Of a stretch of DNA of 64,000 bases, positions 38,620-48,467 are shown in pieces (the stretch's first letter is position 1; every line of letters starts with the position of its first letter). The notes beneath the pieces were generated by a model that was given only the letters and a program-made list of their open reading frames with translations, was not told the origin of the DNA and did not search any database. Both the position numbers and the translations under genes were made by a program. Source of the stretch: an uncultured Acidobacteriota bacterium (lineage in GTDB: Bacteria > Acidobacteriota > Terriglobia > Terriglobales > Acidobacteriaceae); assembly GCA_963699885.1 (NCBI GenBank), contig CAVOVP010000014.1:45856-109855 (forward strand). Direction: 5' to 3'.

Positions 38620-38730
38620 ATCGTGCATCTTGCGGCAGGATGCAGCGGCAGAGTAGTCTGGTGGCTACCAGCTTCGTTCCGCTGGCGCTGCTGATCGAGG
38701 GGAAGAGCAGCGCGCTCCAAATAGCCTTTC

Positions 38731-40422
38731 ATGACCTTAAATACCATTACTCATTCCAGCCATCATGGCTCCAGTTCGGGGGTGTTCCCCGCGCTGGTGT
38801 TCGTACAGGGCAGCGAGCAGAAGAATATCGTCCTGAACCGCACGCCATTCACGGTCGGCCGGAAGGTGGATAAAGATCTCGTTATCGCCGATCCGCGAGT
38901 CTCGCGCGATCATGCGCAGATCATGCAGGAAGGCCAGGAGTTTTTCCTTGTTGATCTCGGCAGCAAGCACGGCACATTCGTAAACGGAGAACGCATCCAG
39001 AGGCAGAAGCTGGAACGCGGCGACCGTTTGGAGTTCGGCGCGCGCGATTCGGCGTACATCCTGTTCAACCCGGCGCATGCGACATCGAACACCGCACGAG
39101 AGTTCTTGAGCCAGATTTCCGGCATTGGCATGAAGTCGGAGACGACGGAACTCGAAACGTTGCGTTTATTTTTAGAGGCCGCGCGCAAGCTGAACACATC
39201 GGGCGTGCTGGACGAAATCCTGATCACGATGCTCGACGTAACTCTGCAGTTGACGCGGGCGGAACGGGCATACGTTTTTCTCAAGGATGAAGAAGGAAAT
39301 TTGCGGCTCGCAGCTGGACGCAACTCAAAGAAAGAACCGCTGCTCGACGACAAGACCATTTCGCATTCGATTCTGGAAGAATCGATGCGGGCAAATTCAG
39401 AATTCCTGTTGACCGATACGAGCCAGTCGCTCGACATGGCCGGCCGTCAGAGTGTCGTGGCCTACGATTTGCGAACCGTGGTTTGCATTCCTTTGCGCAA
39501 GATGCAGGTGCAGGCGACGCGGGACGCGCAAACTCCGGCGTTCAACGCGAGTGTGGCACAGGCGCTGGGCGTTTTGTACGTCGATTCCAGATTCGCTTCG
39601 CGAGACATAAGCGGCGTGGGTCACGACATTCTGCATGCGATCGCGACAGAAGCTGCGTCGCTGATCGAAAACGCCAGGTTGGTCCAAGCAGAAGAAGAGT
39701 CGCGGCGCTACCAGCAGGAGCTGAGCATTGCGGCCAGCATTCAGCAGCGGCTGATGCAGGTCAAGATTCCTGAGGTTCCGTTTGCCGAACTGGAAGGCCG
39801 GAATCTGGCTTGCAAGGAAGTCGGAGGAGATTTTTTCGACGCCATCAATACCAAGGAAGGCCTGGCTGTCGTGCTCGCGGATGTCAGCGGGAAAGGCGTA
39901 TCGGCTGCCCTTCTGGCTTCGACGCTGCAAGGAATGATTTACTCGCAGCTTCTCTCGGGAATGGCGTTGATCGATGTGGTCGCTGCGGTGAACCGCTTCT
40001 TTACCGACAAACTGGTAGGAGAGAAATATGCGACGCTGCTTCTGGCGCGGCTGCGGCGGGACGGCGAACTTGAATATGTGAACTGCGGACATGTGCCTCC
40101 CGTCCTGGTATGCGGCGGTGAGGTGATGCGTCCCCCTCACGGAAACGTTCCGGTTGGGCTGCTTGCTGATGCAACGTTTGAAAGTGCGACGTGCCAGATG
40201 AAATCCGGCGACCGTTTCATCATGGTCACAGACGGAGTCACGGAAGCGGAAAATTCGATGGGAGAATTCTTCGAAGATTTCCGGCTGGAAGCGGCAGCAG
40301 CGAAATATCCGACGTTCGAAGGAATCTTTTCCGCGGTTACGGAATTCTGTGCAGGAAATCCGTTAAACGACGATTGCACGGTCGTCGAGTTGCGCTACTC
40401 GAGCAAAGAAGATCAATCGTAG
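38731..40422 (+). CDS. FHA - GAF - PP2C/SpoIIE-type phosphatase fusion protein
   Basis: FHA: FTVGRKVDKDLVIADPRVSRDHAQIMQEGQEFFLVDLGSKHGTFVNGERI. Central GAF-like region. PP2C: EVGGDFFDAI...LADVSGKGVSAALLAS...CGHVPP...SGDRFIMVTDGVTEA. Confidence 0.8.
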   Translation: MTLNTITHSSHHGSSSGVFPALVFVQGSEQKNIVLNRTPFTVGRKVDKDLVIADPRVSRDHAQIMQEGQEFFLVDLGSKHGTFVNGERIQRQKLERGDRLEFGARDSAYILFNPAHATSNTAREFLSQISGIGMKSETTELETLRLFLEAARKLNTSGVLDEILITMLDVTLQLTRAERAYVFLKDEEGNLRLAAGRNSKKEPLLDDKTISHSILEESMRANSEFLLTDTSQSLDMAGRQSVVAYDLRTVVCIPLRKMQVQATRDAQTPAFNASVAQALGVLYVDSRFASRDISGVGHDILHAIATEAASLIENARLVQAEEESRRYQQELSIAASIQQRLMQVKIPEVPFAELEGRNLACKEVGGDFFDAINTKEGLAVVLADVSGKGVSAALLASTLQGMIYSQLLSGMALIDVVAAVNRFFTDKLVGEKYATLLLARLRRDGELEYVNCGHVPPVLVCGGEVMRPPHGNVPVGLLADATFESATCQMKSGDRFIMVTDGVTEAENSMGEFFEDFRLEAAAAKYPTFEGIFSAVTEFCAGNPLNDDCTVVELRYSSKEDQS

Positions 40423-40447
40423 ATCCGCGTTTCGCCACGGGCCATCT

Positions 40448-42856
40448 TCAAGCGGAAACCGTCACCCGGTAATCCGTTCCTTCCCACCGATTCTCGTTCG
40501 GCCAAAAAAATGTGAACACCGCCTGACCTCCTACCGGGAGAGACGCCGTTGGCAGATCGAGGGTGTGGATGCCGAGGCCTGTGTCGCGAGTGTCGGTGTC
40601 GTGCGAGGTTTTCCAATCGTCGATGGTCCAATGGATGCGCGCAGGCGAAAGCATCACGATGCGAAGCGTCTTGTTGCGCGGGACACTTTTCGTCTTGTTG
40701 TTGAATCTCCAGCCAAAGATTTGCCGGACGTTCTTGTCGACCAGATAGCGCTTCACAGTTTGCGGTGGTTGATCAAAGATCTTGCCATCGCGGATTGAAC
40801 GACGCAGTTTGATGTATTCCGAGTGCGCCCACACGAGGGGGCACGCAGAACCCGTGGGTTTGCCACGAAAGAGTTCAAGCGACGGAATGTCGGCCGCATC
40901 CCAAACCTGTTCGGAAAGCGAACGGCTATGGCCGACCGTGGAGTTCTCCATCATAGTGAGCAAGGCTTCCGCTTCGTCACGGTGTCCGGCGGCGAGAGCG
41001 TAGTGCGCGCGTTCTCCGGAGAGCAGGGGCCATGCGCGTCCGATTCCGGTTCCGTCGAATGCCGATCCATCTTTATGCTCTCCGTAGCCGTCGCCGTTGT
41101 AGCGATACCAACACGGACCCTGCGGCAGTTCGACCGATAGCAGCGCGTCGATCGCACGAATCGTGTTGAGGATTCTCGGATCGTCGGGAGCGCGCAAGCC
41201 GAAGCGGACGAGTGCCAAAGCATCGGGGCTGATGATGTGGTATGCGCGGGCGCCGTCCTGGCCGGGAGGACGATTCTTGATGGGAACGAAGCCTTGGGTG
41301 GGTGATGCTGCGCCGTCGGTCTCAGGAGGGGCGATGCGGACGTAGTATCCCTCGATGCCGAGTTGCTGTGCGAGATCGCCGCCGCTAGCGTACACCCAGC
41401 GCTCGATGTTGTCGTTCCAGGCATCGGCCGTGTCGCGCATGGTGCGTGCCTGTTCGGAATGCCCAGTCTTGTCGGCGATGTCGGCTCCGGCCAAGAGCGC
41501 CGAGATTTCTGCCGCGAGCGTGAACGGCGAATAGCCGCCGTCTTCTTCCCATCGATCTTGCTGAGTTACGGGGCCATTGCGAAGGATGAAAGTAGCCGCG
41601 CTGCGCACCATGGGCCACCAACGCTCGAGTTTGCCCAGCGCTTCTGGGGCTTCGCGGCAGAGAAGGTCAACCAGCAGAATCGGGAACGCGGTTTCATCCA
41701 TCTGGATGCCGCCCCAGTAAGGACGTCCGTCGAGCCACAGGTTCTGAGCCCAGTTTCCCGCGGCCTCTTGGGTTGCCTCGAGATACCGCAAGACGCGGGC
41801 GGCATCGGTGACTGCGCCAGCAGCGAGCAGCGCTCCAGCAGTTTCGACGAGGTCGCGCGGCCAGACGAGGTGATATCCCCCGAGATCTTCGTCGCCTTTG
41901 TTGAAGCCCCAAGGGATAGAGAGACTGGCGATGATGCCGCCGAGAAAATCCTTGGACTCGTGTGTGCGCAGGACTGCGGTAGACGCGCGATAAAGATCAT
42001 TCTGGCGCAGCGGTTCGTCGAGTTTCAGCAGCTTTGTCTGCCAGTTCCGCCACTGCGTGACATAGTGCTGACGAACCTCGGAATAGTCCTCGAAAAGGGC
42101 TGAGCGAACTTGCTGTCCCGCTTCGCTCGAGATGCCTCCGAATCCGAGAGCAAGAATGAAGTCGCCGTTGCATGCAGCGAGGTCAATTTCCCCGGTGAAG
42201 GCAATATTCCCGTTTTCGGCACGCGTATATTCCCACTGCATCTGGAAATGCTCGGAAATGTCCTGCCAGCCGTCGGAATTCCCTACGAAGCCAACAGACA
42301 TTTTTTTCCAGGGTGTTGAAGACGCGAGACCCAGAGTCACGTTTCCGCGCTCGGCGAAGAACATAGGAAAGCCCTTGTAGTCTCCGATCCATCCGGTGTT
42401 GCCGTTGCCGAAGTTCGCGAGGTGTGGGGAAAGGATCGCGAACAACGAATAGTCGGATAGCATTCCCTGGAGCGGTTCGAAGCGGACTTTCTGCAAAACG
42501 ACGTTGCGATAGGGATCGCTGAGAATCTCTTTGTGAATTCGATAACGCCCGGAATTGCAGGTGTTGGTCAGTTGATAGGCGGGTATGCCCGGCTCGAGCG
42601 GGCGGTTGTCGAAAGAGCAATGACGCTTTTCTTCTGAGAAAAAATCGACGCGGTCGGTGACGATGAACCCCATGTCGCGGGTGCATGCCTGGTCCACACG
42701 CGGATAATAGACCTCGTTCAAAATTCCGTGGCTGAGCGTGAACCACACCTTGCTGTGTTGGTTCAACGCGGTGCCAACGCCACTTTTCGCACTGGAAGTC
42801 CAGCGCGGCGGGATGCCCGGCCAGCCGGGAGCAAAACGAATCGACGAATCAGCCAT
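40448..42856 (-). CDS. GH15 glucoamylase/glucodextranase-type glycoside hydrolase
   Basis: 802 aa. N-terminal beta-sandwich (WTSSAKSGVGTA...), (alpha/alpha)6 catalytic region (LVWPRDLVETAGALLAAG, RWEEDGGYSPFTLAAEISAL) and a C-terminal beta domain. Confidence 0.85.
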   Translation of the reverse strand: MADSSIRFAPGWPGIPPRWTSSAKSGVGTALNQHSKVWFTLSHGILNEVYYPRVDQACTRDMGFIVTDRVDFFSEEKRHCSFDNRPLEPGIPAYQLTNTCNSGRYRIHKEILSDPYRNVVLQKVRFEPLQGMLSDYSLFAILSPHLANFGNGNTGWIGDYKGFPMFFAERGNVTLGLASSTPWKKMSVGFVGNSDGWQDISEHFQMQWEYTRAENGNIAFTGEIDLAACNGDFILALGFGGISSEAGQQVRSALFEDYSEVRQHYVTQWRNWQTKLLKLDEPLRQNDLYRASTAVLRTHESKDFLGGIIASLSIPWGFNKGDEDLGGYHLVWPRDLVETAGALLAAGAVTDAARVLRYLEATQEAAGNWAQNLWLDGRPYWGGIQMDETAFPILLVDLLCREAPEALGKLERWWPMVRSAATFILRNGPVTQQDRWEEDGGYSPFTLAAEISALLAGADIADKTGHSEQARTMRDTADAWNDNIERWVYASGGDLAQQLGIEGYYVRIAPPETDGAASPTQGFVPIKNRPPGQDGARAYHIISPDALALVRFGLRAPDDPRILNTIRAIDALLSVELPQGPCWYRYNGDGYGEHKDGSAFDGTGIGRAWPLLSGERAHYALAAGHRDEAEALLTMMENSTVGHSRSLSEQVWDAADIPSLELFRGKPTGSACPLVWAHSEYIKLRRSIRDGKIFDQPPQTVKRYLVDKNVRQIFGWRFNNKTKSVPRNKTLRIVMLSPARIHWTIDDWKTSHDTDTRDTGLGIHTLDLPTASLPVGGQAVFTFFWPNENRWEGTDYRVTVSA

Positions 42857-43085
42857 GAAAAGTCCGTCCTTGCAATCCCACTATATCGCCAAGCGAGGCG
42901 ACAATCGTTTTACTTCGCTGAGGCCTTCTTTACAACAAGACGTCATCCAAGAGCGCATGGGGTGGTGGGTGCAGGCAAGATTAGTGGCAAAGAAGCAAAT
43001 GTAACTGATCATGGACACCGCGCACGCGGAAAACTTCTTCGCCGAAAAGAGTTCACAAACATTGTTTTCAACAATCGCCGTTCCC

Positions 43086-43125
43086 CGTTCACCAGAAATT
43101 CACTCGTTTGTAACCGTCCTTTAAC
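43086..43125 (+). promoter_or_regulatory. candidate Pho box array: four 7-mers at exact 11-bp spacing (GTTCACC agaa ATTCACT cgtt TGTAACC gtcc TTTAACA)
   Basis: Seen in sequence about 50-90 bp upstream of the pstS ATG. The architecture (7-bp direct repeats with 4-bp spacers, cores TT(N)AC(A/C)) matches the known PhoB/PhoP box logic. Confidence 0.4.
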
Positions 43126-43175
43126 ACTCCGACGATAAAAAGAAGGACATCTATTTAAGGAGGATTCATCTCGCA

Positions 43176-44180
43176 ATGCGCAAACTTGTGCTGCTGTTGG
43201 TGTGTGTCCTGTTGGCCTTGCCGGTTCTAGGGCAGACCACGCTGAACGGAGCAGGCGCAACATTTCCCAACCCGATGTACTCGAAGTGGTTCAGCGAATA
43301 CCACAAAGTTCACGGCGACGTGCAAGTGAACTATCAGCCGATTGGCAGCGGCGGCGGAATCCGCCAAGTAACCGCCGGCACCGTGGATTTCGGCGCCAGC
43401 GACATGCCGATGACCGACAAGCAACTACAGGAAGCGAAATTCAAGATCCTCAATGTGCCTACCGTCTTGGGCGCGGTCGTGCCTGCCTACAACATTCCCG
43501 GAGTCAGCGGGGAAGTGAAGTTTCCGGGAGAAGTGCTGGCAGGAATTTTCCTGGGAAAGATTTCGAAGTGGAATGATAAAGCGATCGCATCGGTGAACCC
43601 GGGAGTGAATTTTCCCGACAAGGACATCATTGTCGTGCATCGGTCCGACGGCAGCGGCACGACTTTCATCTGGACGGACTATCTCTCGAAGGTCAGTCCT
43701 GATTGGAAGAATCAAGTAGGCAGCGATACTTCGGTGAAATGGCCGATTGGAATGGGCGGCAAAGGAAACGAAGGCGTTTCCGGCCTCATTCGGCAATTAT
43801 CGGGATCAATCGGATATGTCGAGCTGATCTATGCCGTGCAGAACAACATTCCGTATGGAAGCGTGAAGAATTCGTCGGGCGTTTTTTTGAAGGCATCGCT
43901 GGACGGCGTGACCGCAGCCGCGGCATCGGCTCCGAAGATGCCGGCGGATTTCCGCGTTTCGATTACCAATGCTCCGGGCAAAGATGCGTATCCGATTTCC
44001 AGTTTCACCTGGTTGCTGATTCCGGCGCAGTCGAAGGATGCGGCTAAGGGGAAAATCCTCGCCGATTTTCTGAACTGGATGGTGACCGACGGGCAGAAGA
44101 TGACCTCTGCTCTTTCCTATGCGCCGTTGCCGGACAACGTAGTTGCCAAGGTGAAAGAAGCGATCAAGCAGGTCAAGTAG
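43176..44180 (+). CDS. pstS: phosphate ABC transporter substrate-binding protein PstS
   Basis: AAGGAGG RBS and a signal peptide. GAGATFPNPMYSKWF..., HRSDGSGTTFIWTDYL, GNEGV. Confidence 0.9.
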   Translation: MRKLVLLLVCVLLALPVLGQTTLNGAGATFPNPMYSKWFSEYHKVHGDVQVNYQPIGSGGGIRQVTAGTVDFGASDMPMTDKQLQEAKFKILNVPTVLGAVVPAYNIPGVSGEVKFPGEVLAGIFLGKISKWNDKAIASVNPGVNFPDKDIIVVHRSDGSGTTFIWTDYLSKVSPDWKNQVGSDTSVKWPIGMGGKGNEGVSGLIRQLSGSIGYVELIYAVQNNIPYGSVKNSSGVFLKASLDGVTAAAASAPKMPADFRVSITNAPGKDAYPISSFTWLLIPAQSKDAAKGKILADFLNWMVTDGQKMTSALSYAPLPDNVVAKVKEAIKQVK

Positions 44181-44229
44181 ACCCCGCTCGCCGGGGAATT
44201 TTCATTCGCGGGACAAAAAGGAGAGTGCA

Positions 44230-46095
44230 ATGAAGTCAACGGGGAAGGTGTGTCTAATGCTGTTGCTGGCGACGGGACTGTTCGCGCAGACCAGCACGCC
44301 GGCGAAGTCGACGAAAAAGAAGTCGACGGCAATCACGTCGGCGGATGTGCAGTCGCTGAAAGATGCGATCGCAGCCCAGCAGGCAGCGCTGGCGCAGCAG
44401 CAACAGCAGATTCAGGAACTGCGCGATCAGCTGCAACGAAAAGATCAAGCCGTGCAGCAGGCTCAAACGGCTGCCGCGGACGCGTCCGGGAAGGCCGACG
44501 CCGCGCAGGCAGCGAGTTCTCAGCAGCAACAAACGGTCACCGATCTTAAGGGCGACGTGACGGATCTCAAGACCAATCTGGCGAATACGGTGGTGTCAGT
44601 TCAAGACACACAGAAAAAGATCTCGGAGCCGCCGACTACTCTTCACGTCAAGGGGATCACGATCACACCCGGCGGATTCCTCGCGGCAGAATTTGTGCGG
44701 CGGTCACGAGCGCTCGGAGCTGATGTGAATACTCCGTTCAACTCGCTCACGATGCCGGGGGCTTCGCAGAGTGCGATCTCTGAATTCTTCGGTTCGGGCC
44801 GCCAGTCGCGAGTCTCGATGCTGGCTGAGGGCAAGCTCGATTTCGTAAAGCTCTCTGGCTACGTCGAAGCAGACTTCCTCTCTGCCGGCATTACTTCCAA
44901 CAACAACCAGAGCAACAGTTACACGATGCGCCAACGCCAAGCTTGGGGACAGGCCGCATTCGACAATGGCTGGAGCGTTACCGGCGGGCAGATGTGGAGC
45001 CTGCTGACGGAAACCAAACATGGCGTCGACAACCGCACCGAAGCGTTGCCGATGACGATCGACGCGCAGTACACCGTCGGATTCAGTTGGGCACGACAGT
45101 TTGGAATCCGGCTGGCGAAGAATTTCGGCGACAAAGTATGGTTCGCGGTTTCGATGGAAAATGCGCAGGCGACGCTGGCGACCCACAACAACTCCGCTAA
45201 CTTCCTGCTCGGATCCGCCGGTGCGGGCGGAGGTCTCTACAACGGTGCGATTACGACTTGCTCCACGACCACGACAACTTCGTCGACCGGCACTGTGTCG
45301 GCGACGACAGCCTGTACGCCGGCTGCGACCTACGCGTTTAATCCGTCTCCTGATGTCGTTGCAAAACTTGTCTTCGAACCCGGCTTCGGCCACTACGAAG
45401 TTTTCGGAGTCTACAGCCGATTCCGCGATCGGGTGTACCCCTGCGAAGATATTTCGTCGACCACGACTTGCATCAGCGCTACTGCCGGCCCGAACGCGCT
45501 GGGTGCCTTCAACTCGTCGAAGAATGGCGGCGGTTTTGGCGCCAACGCCCGGTGGTCATTCGCTCACAAGCGTCTTGACTTTGGATTGCACGGGTTCGGC
45601 GGAAGTGGAATCGGACGCTACGGAAGCGGCGGTCTGGCAGACACGGCTGTCCGCAACGACGGAACGCTGCAACTCATTCGCAACCTGCAAGGTCTCACGA
45701 CTCTGGAGTGGCATGGACCGAAGCTCGACATCTATCTGAATGCCGGTGCGGAATACGCGGCACGCACGGCGAGTTTCGATCCAGTGCTTAAGAAAGCCGT
45801 CGGGTACGGATCTCCGTCGTTCAGCAATACGGGATGCTTTACCGAGACGGGGCCGGTGAACAACAACGGATTCTTGCCTGGTGGATTGTCGAGCTGCACG
45901 GCTGACACGCGCGTGTTGATCGAGGGAACGGCTGGATTCTGGTACAAGTTCTACAACGGTCCGAAAGGCCGTCTCCAGTGGGGACCGCAGTTCTCGTACG
46001 TGACCCGCAATGCGTGGTCGGGAGCGGGATCGCCGAATCAACCGCACGGGCTGGATGGAATGGTGTTCTCGTCATTCCGGTATTACCTGCCGTAA
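44230..46095 (+). CDS. outer-membrane beta-barrel porin with an N-terminal coiled coil (putative phosphate-selective porin by context)
   Basis: Signal peptide and a Gln/Ala-rich heptad region (AAQQAALAQQQQQIQELRDQLQRKDQAVQQAQ), then a long Gly/aromatic beta-rich region ending ...MVFSSFRYYLP. It lies immediately downstream of pstS and is followed by a terminator. Confidence 0.55.
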   Translation: MKSTGKVCLMLLLATGLFAQTSTPAKSTKKKSTAITSADVQSLKDAIAAQQAALAQQQQQIQELRDQLQRKDQAVQQAQTAAADASGKADAAQAASSQQQQTVTDLKGDVTDLKTNLANTVVSVQDTQKKISEPPTTLHVKGITITPGGFLAAEFVRRSRALGADVNTPFNSLTMPGASQSAISEFFGSGRQSRVSMLAEGKLDFVKLSGYVEADFLSAGITSNNNQSNSYTMRQRQAWGQAAFDNGWSVTGGQMWSLLTETKHGVDNRTEALPMTIDAQYTVGFSWARQFGIRLAKNFGDKVWFAVSMENAQATLATHNNSANFLLGSAGAGGGLYNGAITTCSTTTTTSSTGTVSATTACTPAATYAFNPSPDVVAKLVFEPGFGHYEVFGVYSRFRDRVYPCEDISSTTTCISATAGPNALGAFNSSKNGGGFGANARWSFAHKRLDFGLHGFGGSGIGRYGSGGLADTAVRNDGTLQLIRNLQGLTTLEWHGPKLDIYLNAGAEYAARTASFDPVLKKAVGYGSPSFSNTGCFTETGPVNNNGFLPGGLSSCTADTRVLIEGTAGFWYKFYNGPKGRLQWGPQFSYVTRNAWSGAGSPNQPHGLDGMVFSSFRYYLP

Positions 46096-46125
46096 AAGCA
46101 TCGCGTATGTGAGTGCGAAAGCAAA

Positions 46126-46171
46126 CCGGCACCAGTTGGCGGAAGATGCACAACTGGTGCCGGATGTTTTT
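46126..46171 (+). terminator. rho-independent terminator
   Basis: 13-bp perfect stem CCGGCACCAGTTG...CAACTGGTGCCGG followed by ATGTTTTT, about 30 nt after the porin stop. Confidence 0.7.
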
Positions 46172-46304
46172 CACGGGCACTCGTGCTGAACTTGAGTCGG
46201 TCACGGGGAAGTCCGGCCGGATGTTTTATACTCAGAATCGCAGGATCGATGACTAGAGAAGCCGTGGGTTTCAGCTTCACTCGAACGATTCCAGAAAAAG
46301 TTCC

Positions 46305-48464
46305 ATGGCACGAATCTCGCTGGACAATCCCCAGTACTACCTCAACCGCGATACATCATGGCTTGCGTTTAACCGGCGTGTGCTCGAAGAGGCCGAGGAC
46401 GAGGGCAATCCGCTACTTGAGCGCCTGAAGTTTCTTTCCATCTCCGCCAACAATCTCGACGAATTTTTTGAAGTGCGCGTCGCGGCGATGATGCAGCAAA
46501 TCGAGGATGGGTATAACGAGGCCGGTCCCGATGGCGTCACGCTGATCGAAAAAAGAGACATCCTCAACAAGCTCACGCACGAATTCGTTGACGATCAATA
46601 CGACTGCTGGAATTCACGGCTGCGGCCTGCGCTGTCAGCCAGTGGAATTCGCGTGTTGGGCCTGCACGAACTCGATTCGCATGCCCTGCGTTTTGTTGAC
46701 GAATACTGCGAGAGGGAACTGGATCCGCTGCTGACGCCGGTGACGGTGGATCCGGCGCATCCGTTTCCGCGGGTCATCAATAAAGCGCTGTGTGTCGGCT
46801 TCTTGTTGCGACGGCGGCGGCGTTCGGCCCTTACGTATACGGGTGTCGTGTCGGTTCCACGAGTGTTGCCGAGGTTGATCCGGCTTCCATCAGAGGACAC
46901 GGCTGACTTCATTTTTCTCGCCGACCTTGTGGCGCACCACGCCGTGCGGATGTACCACGGCTATGACATCGTTTCTTCGGCTCCGTTCCGGGTTACTCGC
47001 AACAGCAATTTGTATCTGGCGGAAGAAGAAGCGCGAAGCCTTTTGGAGTCGGTTCGCACCGAGTTGCATAACCGGCGCAAGGGTGATGCGGTCCGCATGG
47101 AGATCGAGGCAGACGCCGATCCGGAGATCATCGAGCGGCTTCGTAGCGTGTTCGAACTGGATTCGTGGCAGGTTTTTCCCGTTAACGGTCCGGTCAATCT
47201 GCTGCGGCTCTTTAACGTCTATGAGCAGGTTGACCGTCCCGACCTGAAGGATCGTCCATTTACGCCGCGCGAACTGCGGCTGACGTCGAAGTCGAAGGAT
47301 ATTTTCGAAGAACTCCGGCAGCACGACATTTTGCTGCACCATCCGTTCGACTCATATGACGCGGTCGTTTCGTTCATCGGATCTGCCGCAGAGGATGACA
47401 GCGTTCTGTCGATCAAGCAGACGCTTTATCGGACGAGCGAACGTTCACACATCGTACCCGCATTGATGGAAGCCGCCTCGCACACGGAAGTGACGGCGGT
47501 GGTCGAACTGAAAGCGCGATTTGACGAGGCGACGAACATCCGCTGGGCGCGCGATATGGAAGACGCGGGCGTGCAGGTGTTTCATGGCCTCGTAGGTCTA
47601 AAAACACATTGCAAGCTGTCGCTGTTGGTGCGCCGCGATCCAGATGGAGTGACGCGAAGCTACGCGCACATTGGGACAGGAAACTACAACGCAACGACGG
47701 CCCGCATCTATACCGATCTGAGTCTGTTTACCGCGAATCCCGAGATCACGCGCGCGGTTCACGACGTCTTCAGTTTCCTGACTGCGTATGCGGAGAATCC
47801 CAGCTATGAGCCGTTGCTGGTAGCGCCACTCGATCTTGCGGAAAAATGCGTCGCCCTGATCGATCGCGAAGCGGAACATGCGCGGGAAGGGAAGCCGGCC
47901 CGCATTATTGCCAAGATGAACGCTCTGTTGGATAAGAACATCATTCAGTCGCTGTACCGGGCGTCGCAAGCGGGAGTGCAGATTGAACTTATTATTCGCG
48001 GCATGTGTGCGCTGCGCCCGGGCGTGCGCGGACTGAGTCATAACATCCGCGTGCGGAGCATCGTGGGACGATTTCTGGAACATAGCCGCATTTTTTCTTT
48101 TGCGAACGGCGGCGACGAAGAAATTTACATGGGAAGCGCTGACTGGATGCCGCGCAATTTGTATGAACGCGTCGAAGTGTTGGTGCCGATCCGCGACGAG
48201 ATGCTGCGCGAGCGCGTCCAGCACGAGATTCTCGGAGCCTATCTTTCGGATAACCGCAAGGCGCGGGTATTGCTCAGCGATGCGACGTACGTTCCGATAT
48301 GGAAGTCGGTGCAGGGAAAGCGGGACCGGCGTCCACCCATAGGCGCGGCGGCGTTCAGCGCCCAAACGTTCCTGATGGGCGTGGCTGAAGGAAAATCTCC
48401 CGCGCTGTTGCCCGCCCCGCAGGCTGCGCCAAGGCGTAGAGTGGTTGTGGGAAGGGAACGATAA
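46305..48464 (+). CDS. ppk: polyphosphate kinase 1
   Basis: YLNRDTSWLAFNRRVLEEAED..NPLLERLKFLSISANNLDEFFEVRV, ...KTHCKLSLLVRR...YAHIGTGNYN, two PLD-like C-terminal domains. Confidence 0.95.
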   Translation: MARISLDNPQYYLNRDTSWLAFNRRVLEEAEDEGNPLLERLKFLSISANNLDEFFEVRVAAMMQQIEDGYNEAGPDGVTLIEKRDILNKLTHEFVDDQYDCWNSRLRPALSASGIRVLGLHELDSHALRFVDEYCERELDPLLTPVTVDPAHPFPRVINKALCVGFLLRRRRRSALTYTGVVSVPRVLPRLIRLPSEDTADFIFLADLVAHHAVRMYHGYDIVSSAPFRVTRNSNLYLAEEEARSLLESVRTELHNRRKGDAVRMEIEADADPEIIERLRSVFELDSWQVFPVNGPVNLLRLFNVYEQVDRPDLKDRPFTPRELRLTSKSKDIFEELRQHDILLHHPFDSYDAVVSFIGSAAEDDSVLSIKQTLYRTSERSHIVPALMEAASHTEVTAVVELKARFDEATNIRWARDMEDAGVQVFHGLVGLKTHCKLSLLVRRDPDGVTRSYAHIGTGNYNATTARIYTDLSLFTANPEITRAVHDVFSFLTAYAENPSYEPLLVAPLDLAEKCVALIDREAEHAREGKPARIIAKMNALLDKNIIQSLYRASQAGVQIELIIRGMCALRPGVRGLSHNIRVRSIVGRFLEHSRIFSFANGGDEEIYMGSADWMPRNLYERVEVLVPIRDEMLRERVQHEILGAYLSDNRKARVLLSDATYVPIWKSVQGKRDRRPPIGAAAFSAQTFLMGVAEGKSPALLPAPQAAPRRRVVVGRER

Positions 48465-48467
48465 TCC

